Assembly: GCA_964057225.1 (NCBI GenBank)
Contig: OZ059897.1
Location: forward strand, 5,704,001 to 5,768,000
Direction: 5' to 3'
Origin: Auanema rhodensis
Taxonomy: Eukaryota > Animalia > Nematoda
Length of the DNA stretch: 64,000 nt
Part shown: one piece after another, positions 50,869-64,000 of the stretch
Numbering within the stretch: the first letter of the stretch is position 1
How the letters are laid out: each line of letters begins with the position of its first letter
Program-made: the position numbers and the translations under genes
Notes under the pieces: generated by a model
What the model was told of the DNA's origin: nothing
Databases searched by the model: none
What the model saw: the letters and a program-made list of their open reading frames with translations, nothing else

Positions 50869-53800
50869 TTAAACTTCAGTTGCTGGGCCGAGATCCAACG
50901 ACACCGACAATCCATCCGATTTTTTATGAAGTTCCGTTTTATATTCTAGGATAGGAGACATGTGCTTCAGGAAATCACAATAGTTCTTTTGAAGTTCATT
51001 CTAAATGAAATTATGAGAGACAACCATAGAATAAATTCCTACTTGGTATGCTTGCTGGTCAGGTTGTATAAGTTGTTTATTCAAAGTTAATGCATCGCAG
51101 CATTTCTTTGAAAAATTTTTAAAACATAGGCGTAACTTATTCTGAAACTTGTCCACTGGTTTACCATTTTCATCTCTTGTTACTTCACGTAAGAAAATGT
51201 TAGCAACCTGTAATAAGTAAATGCGAAAGGAATATATGAATACGACCAATACTTGAATAGGTCCTTGATTAACAGTGGTTCCAATACAACCTTGCAGCAC
51301 CATTTGTAACATTTTTGCATCCGGGGGAATTTGAGCAATCGCTGCAGATAACTCTCTGAAATAGATAAACAAGTGTTGAATTTTTGACGAACTATACATA
51401 AGAAGAAAAAATATATAATAATTGAACAAACAACTAACCTAGTTTTCTTTTCTATATCTTCAATAGCAACTTGAATCGGAAGTAAAACTTTCTGTTCTCT
51501 TGAAATCACTCTTATTCGTGTTTTAACATAAGGGAAACTAGAACAAAGATAAACAGTTAAAATTTAGAAATATAAGATATTACCTGTGCTGTGTCGTCAG
51601 AATTGTTCTTCGTTTGCACTGATCTTTTAAATCACCGTGGGCCCTGCCATCACGAGTAAATGGAGTAGCATATGAAAATCGATTAATATTATGACTTCTT
51701 TCAAAATGAGTTGGTCTTCTTCTTCTTTCCCATTTATCAAAAAATGGTTCAACATATGTGATTTGAAGATAGGCATTATTTGGTTGATGAGCAGATCTTG
51801 AAACCTAGAAAAAACAATTAAAGTAAAAGAAGGATTAAAGAAAAACATACATTATTAGAATCCTTGATTACTTCAACAACACCTTTACCAAATCTCTCAG
51901 TATAAAATAACTCCAAGCGACTACTAATTTCAGACAGCTTGGTGAATGGTGGCTCCTGTATTGTGTATACAAAAAAGAAATTTAGAAAAAAAAAGAAAAC
52001 CTTGTAAATGAACTCTTCTCCATCTAGGTCTCCGAACCGAGATCCATAAAAACCTATTCGAAAATATGTGCCGTAACAGCGCTTATCTGATCTTAAAACA
52101 AAACTTCATTTTTCAAAGAAAATAAAAAAAGAAACCCTGGTAAAGGAGACAACCATGCGTCTGAATTATCTTCAAGTATTGAAACAGTAGGCTCAATTCG
52201 AGAAAGGCATTCACTTAAACGAGCATGAATAGTAGCTAGTCTCCTATAATCACGCCATTCACGTAGTGTTGGCTCAATAACCTGCAAAAAAAAGTATATT
52301 TAAAACAACTTCGATAATGAAATTCTAACCTTAAATAGATCCGATAAGAGTTCGTACATTTGAGCTTTTTCGTAATATGATGCACACTTCTCTATTAACT
52401 GAACTAAACCAGTTGAAGTGAAATGCTTGGATTCACAAACGCCATCTGTCTCCGGACTACAAATACGATACTATATAAAACAAAAACAAAAAAAGCTTAC
52501 CTAACAACATCATCACTTACGGCACTTTCTTCCAATATATTCGAACTAATCGCCTCAAAATCTACTGCTCCTTTGGGTAAATAGCCAGCAGTCGTGGTCA
52601 TAGCTGAAAAGATAATTGAAAATAGTTGTAAAATACCATTAATTTGAAGATATAGATAAGACAGACAATAAAAAAATCTTGCCTATATACTCGGCGGCCA
52701 ATGCTGAAGCATGTAACAGGCATTGCCCAGCTTCGCAATGTAAACCTCGTTCAGCGTGTCTGGAGGCCATATTCAGAAGCCATGTTAAACTGAAAGAAAA
52801 TTAATAAATCAAGGAAAGAATGAAAGAAATTGATACCGTAGATCGGGGTTGTTTTGATAGCCTTTGGCCACTCGATACATCAGATCCATTGTCATCTCAT
52901 AATCATTAGCATGCTCCTTCATTTTTACAGTATCGGAGAGAATCATGTGAAGATTGAAGATAAGGTCTTTCACTTGTTCAGAAAAACAAGCTTGACTTCT
53001 CATTAATTCGGACCCACAATCAGTCTCAGCATATATAAGTACAGTCTATAGGCAAAAAAGTTATATATTTAAGTATATTCAAATACATACTTTAAGGCTT
53101 CTGCGCAAGCAATCTTCATTAAGCCACATTCCCGCCCTAGTTCCATTAGAAACTAAAGTTGATAGAGCCATAGTGATCTGCATTTTTAAACGAGCAAAGC
53201 TGTTTCCGCTATCAAAACTTTCTCGCATCAGTAAGTAAAGACTTGCAGCAGCCTATACGATTTAGATTAATTATGGAAAGAAATATTGAAAGAAACCTGC
53301 GACCGAACAGGAGCCAAACGGGAAGCACAATGCTTCAGTAACTGTAAGCATAACTCTCCGCATTGTTCTGTTTCCTGGAAAAGTATGCTTTCGAAATTAG
53401 GAATATAGATAAAATGCCTACCTGTTCGAAGATCATTTCAGGGTATTTCAAAAATAGCGCACGAAGGCTAGCAAAAACATTTTCAAGTGCTATGACAGAT
53501 TGATTACACGATAAAATATGAATCTAAAACAATGTATCACTAATGGAAAAAGTCACATTGATCTAACTATTCCTCGGAAAACCATTGAAATTGAAAAGTA
53601 TAGATGATCATTTCCTGGCATAGATACAACCCGAATAATGGATTCATAAGCTTCCAAAACACATAGAGTTATTTCAGAACATAGAAGTCCCTCGATAATA
53701 TATTCGTTATCAGACACTGAAATCTCAAATAATGATTTGATCTTCATGAAACTTTACCTGTATTTATCTGCGCATCTACCTTCACAGCTACTCCTTTTCT

Positions 53801-56800
53801 CCATTTCACTTGGGTTTTATTATCAGAGCTAGGTGTTTCAGATTGAACTGTTTGAGATTCCAAACTCTGAAAACAATTTTTAAAAACTATACTCAGATAG
53901 AATCATACCGTAGGTTTTAATTCAAAGGTATAAATACACAGATCAAGAACATCTATGAATTGAGCTAATTGTACTGGGGGCAAGTCTCGAACCCATTGTC
54001 TAAGTACCGTATCATCAAGATGTTGTAGAACCCAACAGTAGCAAGTCAACAATTGTCGAGAAAGTTCTTTAGTTAAGCGAACTTTTTTCTCCTTTTCAGG
54101 TGGTGAGTTAGGAGGCTGAGCTTCATGCGTTCCAATTCCAGCAATAGCTAAAGCAACTTTTGGATCAACCGACGATTGATTCTCCAAAGACGATTCTGTT
54201 GATAATCGACTAAAATAATAATAGATTTTTAAAAGTTTACAACTAAGAACCTTACCTCCGATCGTATGGAATTGTCCTCGACATCATATCGAATAGTTGA
54301 CTAGCATTATCTATTACGATACTAATCAGAGGAAAATACAATGCAGCAACTCGAGATAGTACAGAAGCATCAGATAGTCTGTTGTCAGCCTCATGTGTTG
54401 CTATTAAATTTCTTATAGTTCCTATTGCCCTGAAATCACAAGATTGTGTCAAGTTATTATATAAATGGAACATACTTTCCATAAAGAAGTGCTGAGTTAG
54501 AAAACTCAAGAACGGAACTAAGATCAGATAGAACGACACCAATAAGGAAATGAGATCTTCTGAATTCTGAATTCAGCTGATCGGATCCATAACCATAAGA
54601 ACTAAGCGAGTCAGTTGTTCCCATAGAACGGCTGCTCAAACTCGAGGCTCCAGGACTAGGTGGTTGGAGTTGAGTTGTGGTTCCGACGGAACTGGATGAC
54701 GTAGATGTTGAAAGAGAGGTAGGAGCAAAAGGCAGATTGAGAATGACAAAATGTTCATGTGAGCAAATAATTCGAATAAAATCAATTTTAATTAACATTA
54801 ACGTCGTCGATTGCGAATCAGCAGTATTCACAATTTTTGACGTAACATCCTAAAATAAAAAAAGTCTGTGAAAAATTTTAAAAATTAAATACCTGAGCAA
54901 ATTCTTTTACCAGTTTCATAACAAAAGTTCTATCCATTAAGGAAAAAGCATCTCTCAAGAAAAATGCCCAGCTATGAGCTAAAGAGAAAGCTTGACGAGC
55001 ATCTTTTTGAAGGCGATTTCCCATCTAAACAAAAAAATTATTATAAAAAAAAGAGTTTAAAATTTACATCTGTTAGCACAGCAGTAGATAAGGATTCTAA
55101 TAATTTAAGATATTTTTCAGTAAATCTAGAGCGTCGCATAAGATATAAACGGCCAGTGCTTGATAAATATTCAGCCATAGATTTCAACTGAAAATAGTTC
55201 TTATAATGAAAAAAAAGTTTAAGGTGATACCATAATCTCCAATAAGAACCACGCATTCAAAAAGGCCATTTCTCTGGCTTGGCCATAGCTTTGAATCCAT
55301 AAATCGGCTATTTCTTCGTGAAGTAACTTGGAAAGAGGCGAAGGTGAAATATCAGTTAGAGCTTTAGAGTTTGAAGCTCTTTCAACTCCCTCTAAAAAAA
55401 GATGTAAACAAAAAGAAATTTCAATCGTTTGATATTGATGATGTGATTTCAACGTACCTATGATATTAAAAAGTTTCTGAGTTTCTGGCGAGTTTGTCCT
55501 ATTTTTATCAGATGGCTTGGACGTTGATAATGACTTATCTGAATTTACTGAATGAAAAACAAGACAGAAAAAAGGCAAAGTAGCATACCTCTCATGGAAA
55601 TTTTAAAATAATGTACATAAGAAGATAAGAGAGAGCTACGTCCATGATTATCTAAGCATGAATCTAATAGCATTGTGCATATCTTAGCTAAATGTCCCAG
55701 AGTTTCAAAGCAAGCAGTTGCAACAGTTTCTAAAACTTTGAAGGTATATATTTTAAAAAATCAAACCAACCAGAGAATGGAGTATCAGTAATCATCAGGA
55801 TGAGTTTATCTAAAACATTGTACAAGAAAGCAACCAAAGGTTCCGGTCTGGCTTTCAAAATTCCCTAAGATCAACCAATTTTTAAAAAATTTGAAAATTT
55901 TGATTTACTCTGATCGCTGCTATCAACCCATCCTCAGTAACAGAAGGTCTTCTTTTATCCGTAGAAGATAACGATGCAACTGCAACTAAGAATCGCTCCA
56001 AATGTTCATCCTCAAAATAAAAATTAAATTAAATTATTAACATAAAGACAATATACCTGAGGGTGAACAGAAGATTCAGCACAAATTGAAACATTGAAAA
56101 GTGGCTTATGCCCATCAAGCCATTTGATATTTGGTAAAGCACCTTCTGGGTCAAGGTAACCATAACTGTTAGGAGGTCGTTCAATGCAAATTGGAAGATT
56201 GAAATCTCCAGAAGTTAATTTCCCATCCCGATACAGTGGTAACCACTAGATAAAAATAATCTAATATTCCTTAGACACCAAAGACTTACGGAATAGCCGA
56301 TAGGGTACTCGAATTCCTCATCTTTACTGCCAGGTTTACAAGAAATATGATAAAATGTAAACAAAAGATGGAAACCATCGTCTAATTCTACAGGAATCGC
56401 CATCTTGATTTCATCAAACATTTGAGGAGTTCTATAATAGATTCAAGAGATAACGTATTTTTATAATAAAATACATACTTGCTATGATAAATAACTGTTG
56501 TTTGACCATATGTATTCATAGCAGTTCCAGCATTGTTTGGAAAAACTACAAGTTGTGGAACTTCTTTGTCATTCATCATTTCAACTCTTATCGATATGTT
56601 ACGTGCTGTCCCTTGTCGACCAGAAAAATTTACATATTTTGGATAGATATATAGTAAGTTTCTGAATTTATTATACGTTATATTATTAGTAATTATCTTT
56701 GTTATACCTGTATGAATTCAAAACAGCATATGAGCCCTTACATGAGAATTCCTGAATTTCTTTCAAGAGTTCACCGTTCCCTATCTCATTAAAAGGTGAT

Positions 56801-59416
56801 ATACGGAGAAATTCAGGAGAAATACGACGTGATATATCTTCAACGGAACTTCCTTTAAAGGTATATGATAAAAAATAGTTAGCAAAATGATTCATAATAC
56901 CTGCAAGTTGCAAAACAAGGTCGACAGGAAATGTTTTCAATTTCGAAAGCTTGCCACCGGGTTTTCGGGCTTCCGACAAAAGTTTTAAAAGATCGTCCTC
57001 GGAAAGCTTGTCACCTTCCTATAAGAAGCAGAAGTTTCTATTTACAAATAACTCAATGACTCACATATCTGAAGAAAGAATTCAAAGATAACGTGAAAGT
57101 TTGCAAGTTCGATAAAGGTGTGTCATTAGTTTTTACACCTTGATCCAGCGACGGTGTAACACATTCTTCGCTGCCTAAACAAGTCATAAACAAGGAGAAA
57201 GTTTAAAGTAGTCACCTAAGTTCTTCCGTTTTTGAAGAGGTGTTCGAACTCTCGTTAAAACAGTTGATGCTGATGTCCCACTACCCATTCTACGGAAAGT
57301 AGATGTAGAAGTGATTGATACTCTGTCTACACTCATAATACTCATTGTATCACTTTCCGAGGAAGCTAAAGGAGCATCTCCTACAACCAAAAATTAATAA
57401 AATATTAGTTTATCCCAATACCTCCCCCTAATGATGGACCAGAAGCAAATGTTGAAGCTGTCATCTCACTTTTGTCAAGAGAAGAAGCACTGTTTAAAAC
57501 TTTTTGGATATCCACTATCATAAATCCCATAGGCATACGATATCTGCCTTAAATACGAGAAGTATAAATGTATAGCAATATATTATACAAACCTAATCGA
57601 GAGCAATATTCACTTGCTTGAGACAACAGCTTTTCTCTGGCTTTTTCATCCTTTTGTGAGCAATAAGCATCAACAGCATCGGATATTTCACAAGCGTTTA
57701 ATACCTTCTCTAACTGCAAAATTGAATTTTTTAAGCGTTGATATATTAAGATTCATATTTGTAAATATAATTTCTTTTAATGATTGACATGTATCATTAA
57801 ATCAAACATGAATTATGTTTTAAAAAAAAGTTAGGTGAATCAAAACTAAAACAAGACTTTTACAAAAACCAAACCTTGATAACCATGAACATATCATGTA
57901 CGTTCCCGTTTAATCCAAAAGAAGCATGATTACACCTAGAAGTTAATATGAAGAAAATACCAAAACACACTGTATACCTCCCGTAAGGACCTGCATAAGT
58001 CATGCTTTCTTTCAACATATTTCGAAACTGATCAGGATTAACATCAAAATAAAAGTTTTCCGACACTTTTCTACGAGCTTTAGCATCATAAATCGCCATT
58101 GAACCAAAAACTGGCTCAAAGAGTGGTTCCATATTAAGCTACAAATAATTTAATTGAAATTTAATTGAAATGCTTACAAACCTTTACAATTTTGACTAAA
58201 AATCGTTGGCCACTTTCCCTATCTTCAGGATATGATGGAGCAGAACGACGTTCAATCACATCATCCTAAACTTAACTATTGAGATACCCAGTTTGTTTCT
58301 ACAAACCTCATATTGTAATGGTAGAAGATTCACAATATTCAATGACCTATTGGATTGTCTCTTATTTTCATTTTGTTGATCGAGCAAAGCGTAACTAGTC
58401 CTTTGGGTTATACCTCCAAACAACTTGTAAGCAATATAAAATATTAATTATTTACCGGAAATTATAGGATCAGGATGGCTAAGATGCAATCTGGGCTCAC
58501 GTAGTTCTCCTTCGAGTGATCCCATTGTGCCTGTTGAAGCAGAGGAAGCACAAGAAAGTCTTTTCGAAAGATTATCCTGAAAGACGAAGGAGAATAGAAT
58601 TGGAAATCACAAGGTAAAATATATTTTATTTGAATGAAACTACCTGAGTGTTATTATCTGCAAGCAAACTCGCACTTCTCGCTATTCTATCACATCGACC
58701 AGTTTCAAATTCGAAAATTGGCTTTGCACAGGTCCGGGCTATAATAGGACGTTCCATCATCATACGGATAAATGCTTCTCCGGATCCAAACTGTTGATGT
58801 CTATAACAATCACGGCTGAATAACTTCTGATTGATATTCAAGTTTACCTCCGTTGCACCAAAGAAAATTTACTATTATAGGATAATAATATATCCTTTAT
58901 ATGGGTTTCTATTTTTTTCCTATAATTATTGAAAAATCGTTACTGTTTTGATTTATTTAACTAATTTACGTCTCTATGTCATTGAAAAAAGGGTAATCTA
59001 TAGTTGAAATCTCCCGATCAACTAATCGAACATCTATATCATCAGAAGGAAATTCGCAAACTCTAAAAAGAAGAAAAAGAAAAATAGTACAATATTTTTA
59101 TTTCTACTAACTTTCTATGGGTGGTTTTCCGTTGTCCAAGGGCTTCTTCAACGTCACAGGGATCCACTACATCCATCAAAGATAACTACAAGAATTTGTG
59201 TATATCATACATGAATTTATATTTACCGAAGCACCGCAATCAGACTTATCTAAAGAAACAGGATGCACCAACACACTTCCTGTCATAATATGCCTTCGAA
59301 CATCAGCAGCAGTCATTCTTTAAAAAGAATTCTTATAACATGAATCAATAACTTTTAACATACTTGCTCCTTTTTCCAACAAATGCTCGTTGGTTCGGAG
59401 TAATAGTACCCGACAT
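50869..59416 (-). CDS. DOCK-C family GEF (DOCK6/7/8-like) with DHR1 and DHR2 domains
   Basis: [101 protein letters not shown] and [18 protein letters not shown]; ends GPATEV*. Confidence 0.95.
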
Positions 59417-61787
59417 GTTTGATTATTAACTCAGCTGTTTGAAAATAACATCATTCAATTTACCAGAGTGTCAAAATCTGAGATTAATAGCCATAATATT
59501 TGATATAAAATCGTTTGAAAACTGGAGAAGCAAACGCGAACTCGAGGCTTGTTCAGGATATGAAAACAATATGCAATCGATGTAGTCAAAAAAATATTAT
59601 GCTACTAAAATGCGGCTTTGGCTCCAAACTTAAAAATAGCTTTTTTGACAAAATTGAGCTATTAAGCATAAGAAGGCTTAAGAATTTAATGTTATCTGAT
59701 TTAGACGCTTCATGTTTTAATAATTTAATTTGTCGGCATCTTCAAAAAAAGCTAGTACGTGACTTAGCGTTATAACTGCTTAGTAATGAATACAGTAGGT
59801 AGCTTCAAAAAACATTATAAAAAACATCTTATTTTGTAAAATATGTTGTGTAATCAGATGATTTCACTTAGAATGTTTTTTTTAAAGATAAAATACAAGA
59901 AACATTATTCCGTTTTACCTGAGTACAATATTTGTTACAAAAACTACGTTTGTTTCAACGCACTATTATTTATAGAGAAATAAATTAAATTCGTTTGAAT
60001 TCTATTCATAGCTTTTATCATTATTATACAATCCAACAACATATACTACGTAGTGAAATATAGAACAAGACTTTCCAAGAGAGACAACAACAACCGTTCC
60101 ATTTGTAGATGTAACTATGAATGAAATCTCAAGAACAAAAGTTCAATCCTATGAACGTCCTTCATATCTTTGAATTGCCTACCAAATATTGTCTACAAAT
60201 ACGTCAGACTATCATAGACTAATGTGACTGTTTTGGTGTAACATTTTACACTATTTTATCCCGTCCTACATAAAACTATGCGATTATAACAAGACTTAAA
60301 GCTTTAAAATGGTGTATGACATAAGGTCACAAATGCTAATCTTTCATCGATGAAAGACAAGCGAGTTCTAAGGCAAGTTAATGTGAGGTGATACATGGGG
60401 GAGCAGGTTTCTAAATCTTATCATTACACAAGTGCCTGTTTTATTGTGATCCTCTCTCTGTCGGTATCTGGAACACACCATAAACACCGTCATCTCGGCA
60501 TTTTCAAGCGCACTTCTGCCAACCTCTGACCATGGAAGCATCATAGAAGCTTTTACATTATATTTTGGATTATTCAAACATATTTATTAATAAATTCCAA
60601 ATCTAGACATAGATTCTGTGACTGGCAAAGCAGAATGAATCAGTTGGTAACTAGTTTTATTTCAAATAAGCCACTTTCTGCTGGACTTGTCTGACCACTT
60701 GTTATCTCATCTATTGCATAGTAACATCAAGCATTGTCAGTTTTTCGCTTTATATCATGTTTTTGCTTTTTGCACTATTATTCAGTATTGCTATAGGTTT
60801 ATATTAACAAAGCATGTCATCTCGTAGACACAAATTTCTTTCATAAATGTATTGAATAACTATAATTCTGTAATTACTTGATTCTTGACCATTTTGAAAA
60901 TTGAACTGCCAAAGCAGCTGTAAATAGAAAAAAATGTTATTGTCAAAACTATTAATTGTACATTGTGTTATACATCAGGAGTTAACAAAGCCGGTCTACG
61001 CATATGTATGAGAAAGTCGTTAAAATTTCTAAGTTATTGTATTTTATTTATTCATAGATTCCATTTTCTATTCTCTCTATATTCGTACATGCAATCGTGA
61101 TCATAGATTTTCTTTCTTTTTTGATCATAAGTCAAATACATCCATCGTCTTGTTCTCTAAAAATATATTTAATAATATCTAAAATTATCATTAAATTGTC
61201 ATAGTTGAAATTCAGTTTATATACTGATCTTATCATTCTTTAAAATTTCGTTTTTCTCTCAGAAGTGTACTGAGCCTTTTAGAAATGATGGTAGTCGTCT
61301 CGCACTTTTCTTAACAACTTCATTTTTGGCTGTTTACTGCAATGACATCAGAATTGTAATGCTGTACTATAAGATTTTTAATAATGTAATCGTACTAAGA
61401 ATACATCTTATATATGAGTAGTATGTTCATTAGAAGTCAGTATTGACAATCGTGAGCGTTTCTAATGATAATCTTCTTTCCTTGTAAAAATATAAATACA
61501 AATTTTTACATATGAGCCAAAATATATTCTTCTGATACTTCCTTGGTTATATACATTTTCTCTCTTCGACACAAATATTGTTTCTTTTTTTTAAACATTT
61601 ATCAACAATTCATACATATCTTCATTATAGAAACAGAAAAGATGGTGATGAAGTTTGATACTTCCTTGTCTCTTGTTCTTCTCTTGTTCTTTCTTAAACA
61701 CTGTTTATTTCTCTGATTTTCAAAGTTATTCAATAAATAATTGTTACAGTTATCAAATTTATTTGTTCGTTTATCTTGTGTGTCAAG

Positions 61788-62521
61788 ATGGATCATAATA
61801 CCTTATTTAACATTCAAAGCTGGTTTCGCTCTCAACGAAAAGCAGCTCAAGTAAGATTTTAATTCTTATTACGAGAAAACATTTGTGTTGATTTCGGATT
61901 TAACCTTTTTTTTCTTTAATTTTATGTTTATAGAGCCGTACAGCCGTCTTAATTCTCATGATCTGTAACGTGGTCAACTGCTTTGCTATTTCATTCAGTG
62001 CTGCTGGTCAAGTTTCTATTACTTTATTGACATTGAACGGAGCCAATACCCTCTCTGTACTAGTTGCTATTTATGGAATTTATAAGCTTAAACCAGTTTT
62101 CATTATTCCTGATGCTGTAATTAAAGTAAGTACATCTAGCTTTCTCTATATTTGTTTCATATTTGAATTATTTTATTAGGTTTGTCTTTGCTCGTCTTCA
62201 CTGTTTTATACATTGCATCTAGCAGAAACCAGAAATTTTGACTCTGAATTTCACTTTGTATGGCTTCTTGTGTCTTATGTTATCTTAATGTGGGAGCTGC
62301 AATCCATTATTCGTATCTCGTTTGACATAATCAAACAAACTGATTCGAAAAAGTCTGTGAAACCACCTCCCTCCTACAATCAGGTACATTCCATGAGCTT
62401 GAGCAAAAACTTACAACTTAATTTGCAGATAATTTTGGAAGAACAACCTCCTTCATATTTAGAAGCTATAGAGAAAATAGAAAAAGGTGCTTCTCCAATA
62501 TCTGGAATACACATCGTATGA
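61788..62521 (+). CDS. Small multi-pass (about 4 TM) membrane protein with two C-terminal PPSY motifs (LAPTM-like architecture)
   Basis: Four exons joined by canonical introns; hydrophobic segments; KPPPSYNQ and EQPPSYLEA. Confidence 0.7.
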
Positions 62522-63408
62522 GCATAGTCTCGCTGTATTATATCGAAAACGGCACAGCACGAGCTTTTATTAAGTGAATCATCAACATATCTGCTAAGAT
62601 GATTGAGCCGTTCGGCAATCTTAGTTCAACGTCGGGTTTTTGTATAGTTAGTAACTGTAATATACTCATGATTTCCATCACATTGATCTCATTTCTTTAA
62701 TTCTTTAACTTTGTATTATTCATACAATTAACTAAATGAATGTTTGGTTTTAAAAAGTTTTCGTTTTTGAACATTTCTTACAATCTCTTACACTCTTGAT
62801 TTTAACAGATACATAAACATATACTACAGAAGAAAACAGTATGAATGACACACTCCTGTCTTTAAAGAAGATAGATTCTTATTATATTTGAAACATTACA
62901 ATATAGAGTACATAGGTGATGGCGTCAAGACCTTCGTACTCTATGTTCAATTTCATAAATCGAGAAATTTATCAATCAAAGTTCATACTTCGGGTATGAG
63001 TAACATGACGAATAAATAAAAAGATTTTTGTATATAAATTCTTTGTTTTTCTTTTTAAAATTATGTACATTATCAGTTTTAAAATAAACATTATTGCATA
63101 TTTAGTATGGCCACTAGCAAACTAAAAAACTACACGTAAACAACAGATCTTAGAGGTCAAGATTACCATATTTCAGATGAGTAATCATCTGTTTTGATTT
63201 CAAAAATTTACAAATTAAAATGAACCCTCCAATAAGGGGTAAAATTTTCAAGGAAAAAATAATTTGAAATATCACACTCTCATGTAAAAAACATTCGGCT
63301 GCTTGGAGCACATATTTACAAGATTGTTGGTTGAAGCTGATTTTTTTCCTGAAAGACCAACACTGTATAAAATTACTGAAAAGATCGTACTTACTTCATT
63401 CTATTATA

Positions 63409-63999
63409 TCATATCATTCTATGTTGCGCACTTGCGTTTCCGAGGATCTCTTTCTCCGTTAATACTTTACACCCACCCTCTCCTACTGCAACAAGTGCAT
63501 TTGCCATGACAGGAATACAAATCTAAAAGGTGAAATTCCGTTCAAATCCTAATCACATTTGAAAATTATTAGAAAGAGTTCACTTACTAAATATATTGTA
63601 GCCCCGATATGACTGCGCATTTTCTTGTTAGGATGATTAGGATACCACCTATATACAACTCGTCCAGTCGTACCCGAAACTGGTTGACAATACCATTGTT
63701 TATGACAAGCCATCTACAAAAAAAGGTGAAACATGAAGATAGCAATTAAATATGAACTTGTCTCATCTCTTCACTAGGCCATTCTACCAAAGGATGTCCA
63801 GTCGATTTCAAAGGCTCATTTAAATATTTAAAAATCTACAAATTTAGTATTCAGAAAGAAAAAACACTATCCAACTAACATGTTCTATATCTGTTATTTC
63901 TACCCAAAGAGGATTTCCTTCATCATCTTCTTGAGTTGTAAGGTCTCGTGATTCCGGAACTGAGGTTTCGTCGTCAGCGGTAGCGTTATCTGTGCTCAT
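63409..63999 (-). CDS. Uncharacterised spliced gene at the window edge
   Basis: Exon-like blocks MSTDNATADDETSVPESRDLTTQEDDEGNPLWVEITDIEH / IFKYLNEPLKSTGHPLVEWPSEEMRQ / MACHKQWYCQP... bounded by GT-AG; no family recognised and the 3' end is uncertain. Confidence 0.45.
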
Positions 64000-64000
64000 C

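Noticed and set aside
60340-60357. 18-bp perfect palindrome TCTTTCATCGATGAAAGA
   Set aside because: Isolated, with no associated element; a single one is not clearly beyond chance in 38 kb of AT-rich unique sequence.
59515-61796. Short ORFs at 59515, 60368 and 61602
   Set aside because: Non-ATG starts or antisense to neighbouring features, with no splice structure or homology recognised.

Overview
AT-rich eukaryotic DNA from a rhabditid-type nematode: about 40-50 nt introns with TTTCAG/TTTTAG acceptors, operon-like gene spacing and a cuticle collagen. All gene models were spliced and translated by eye, and identities come from remembered family motifs, not database searches. The left half is a + strand cluster (suf-1/CstF-77, a divergent NF-YA with a C-terminal Q35 tract, and a paraoxonase-like gene). 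It is interrupted by a 25.65-kb array of about 128 near-identical 200-bp monomers (4127-29777). The array sits between two copies of a 750-bp direct duplication (3346-4095 and 29777-30526, one SNP seen). The duplication covers the NF-YA 3' end, the intergenic spacer and the first 22 nt of the paraoxonase-like CDS, so both genes keep one intact copy and one crossover could remove the array cleanly. The right half holds a P4-ATPase flippase (+) and a 20-kb minus-strand cluster: DOCK6/7/8, gna-1, an APC13-like microprotein 30 nt upstream of sam-4/BORCS5, ddl-1/WASHC3, zyg-1/PLK4 and a BRD8-like gene. A bli-2-like collagen is nested antisense in a 1.5-kb zyg-1 intron. A small PPxY-bearing membrane protein gene and an uncertain gene lie at the right edge.
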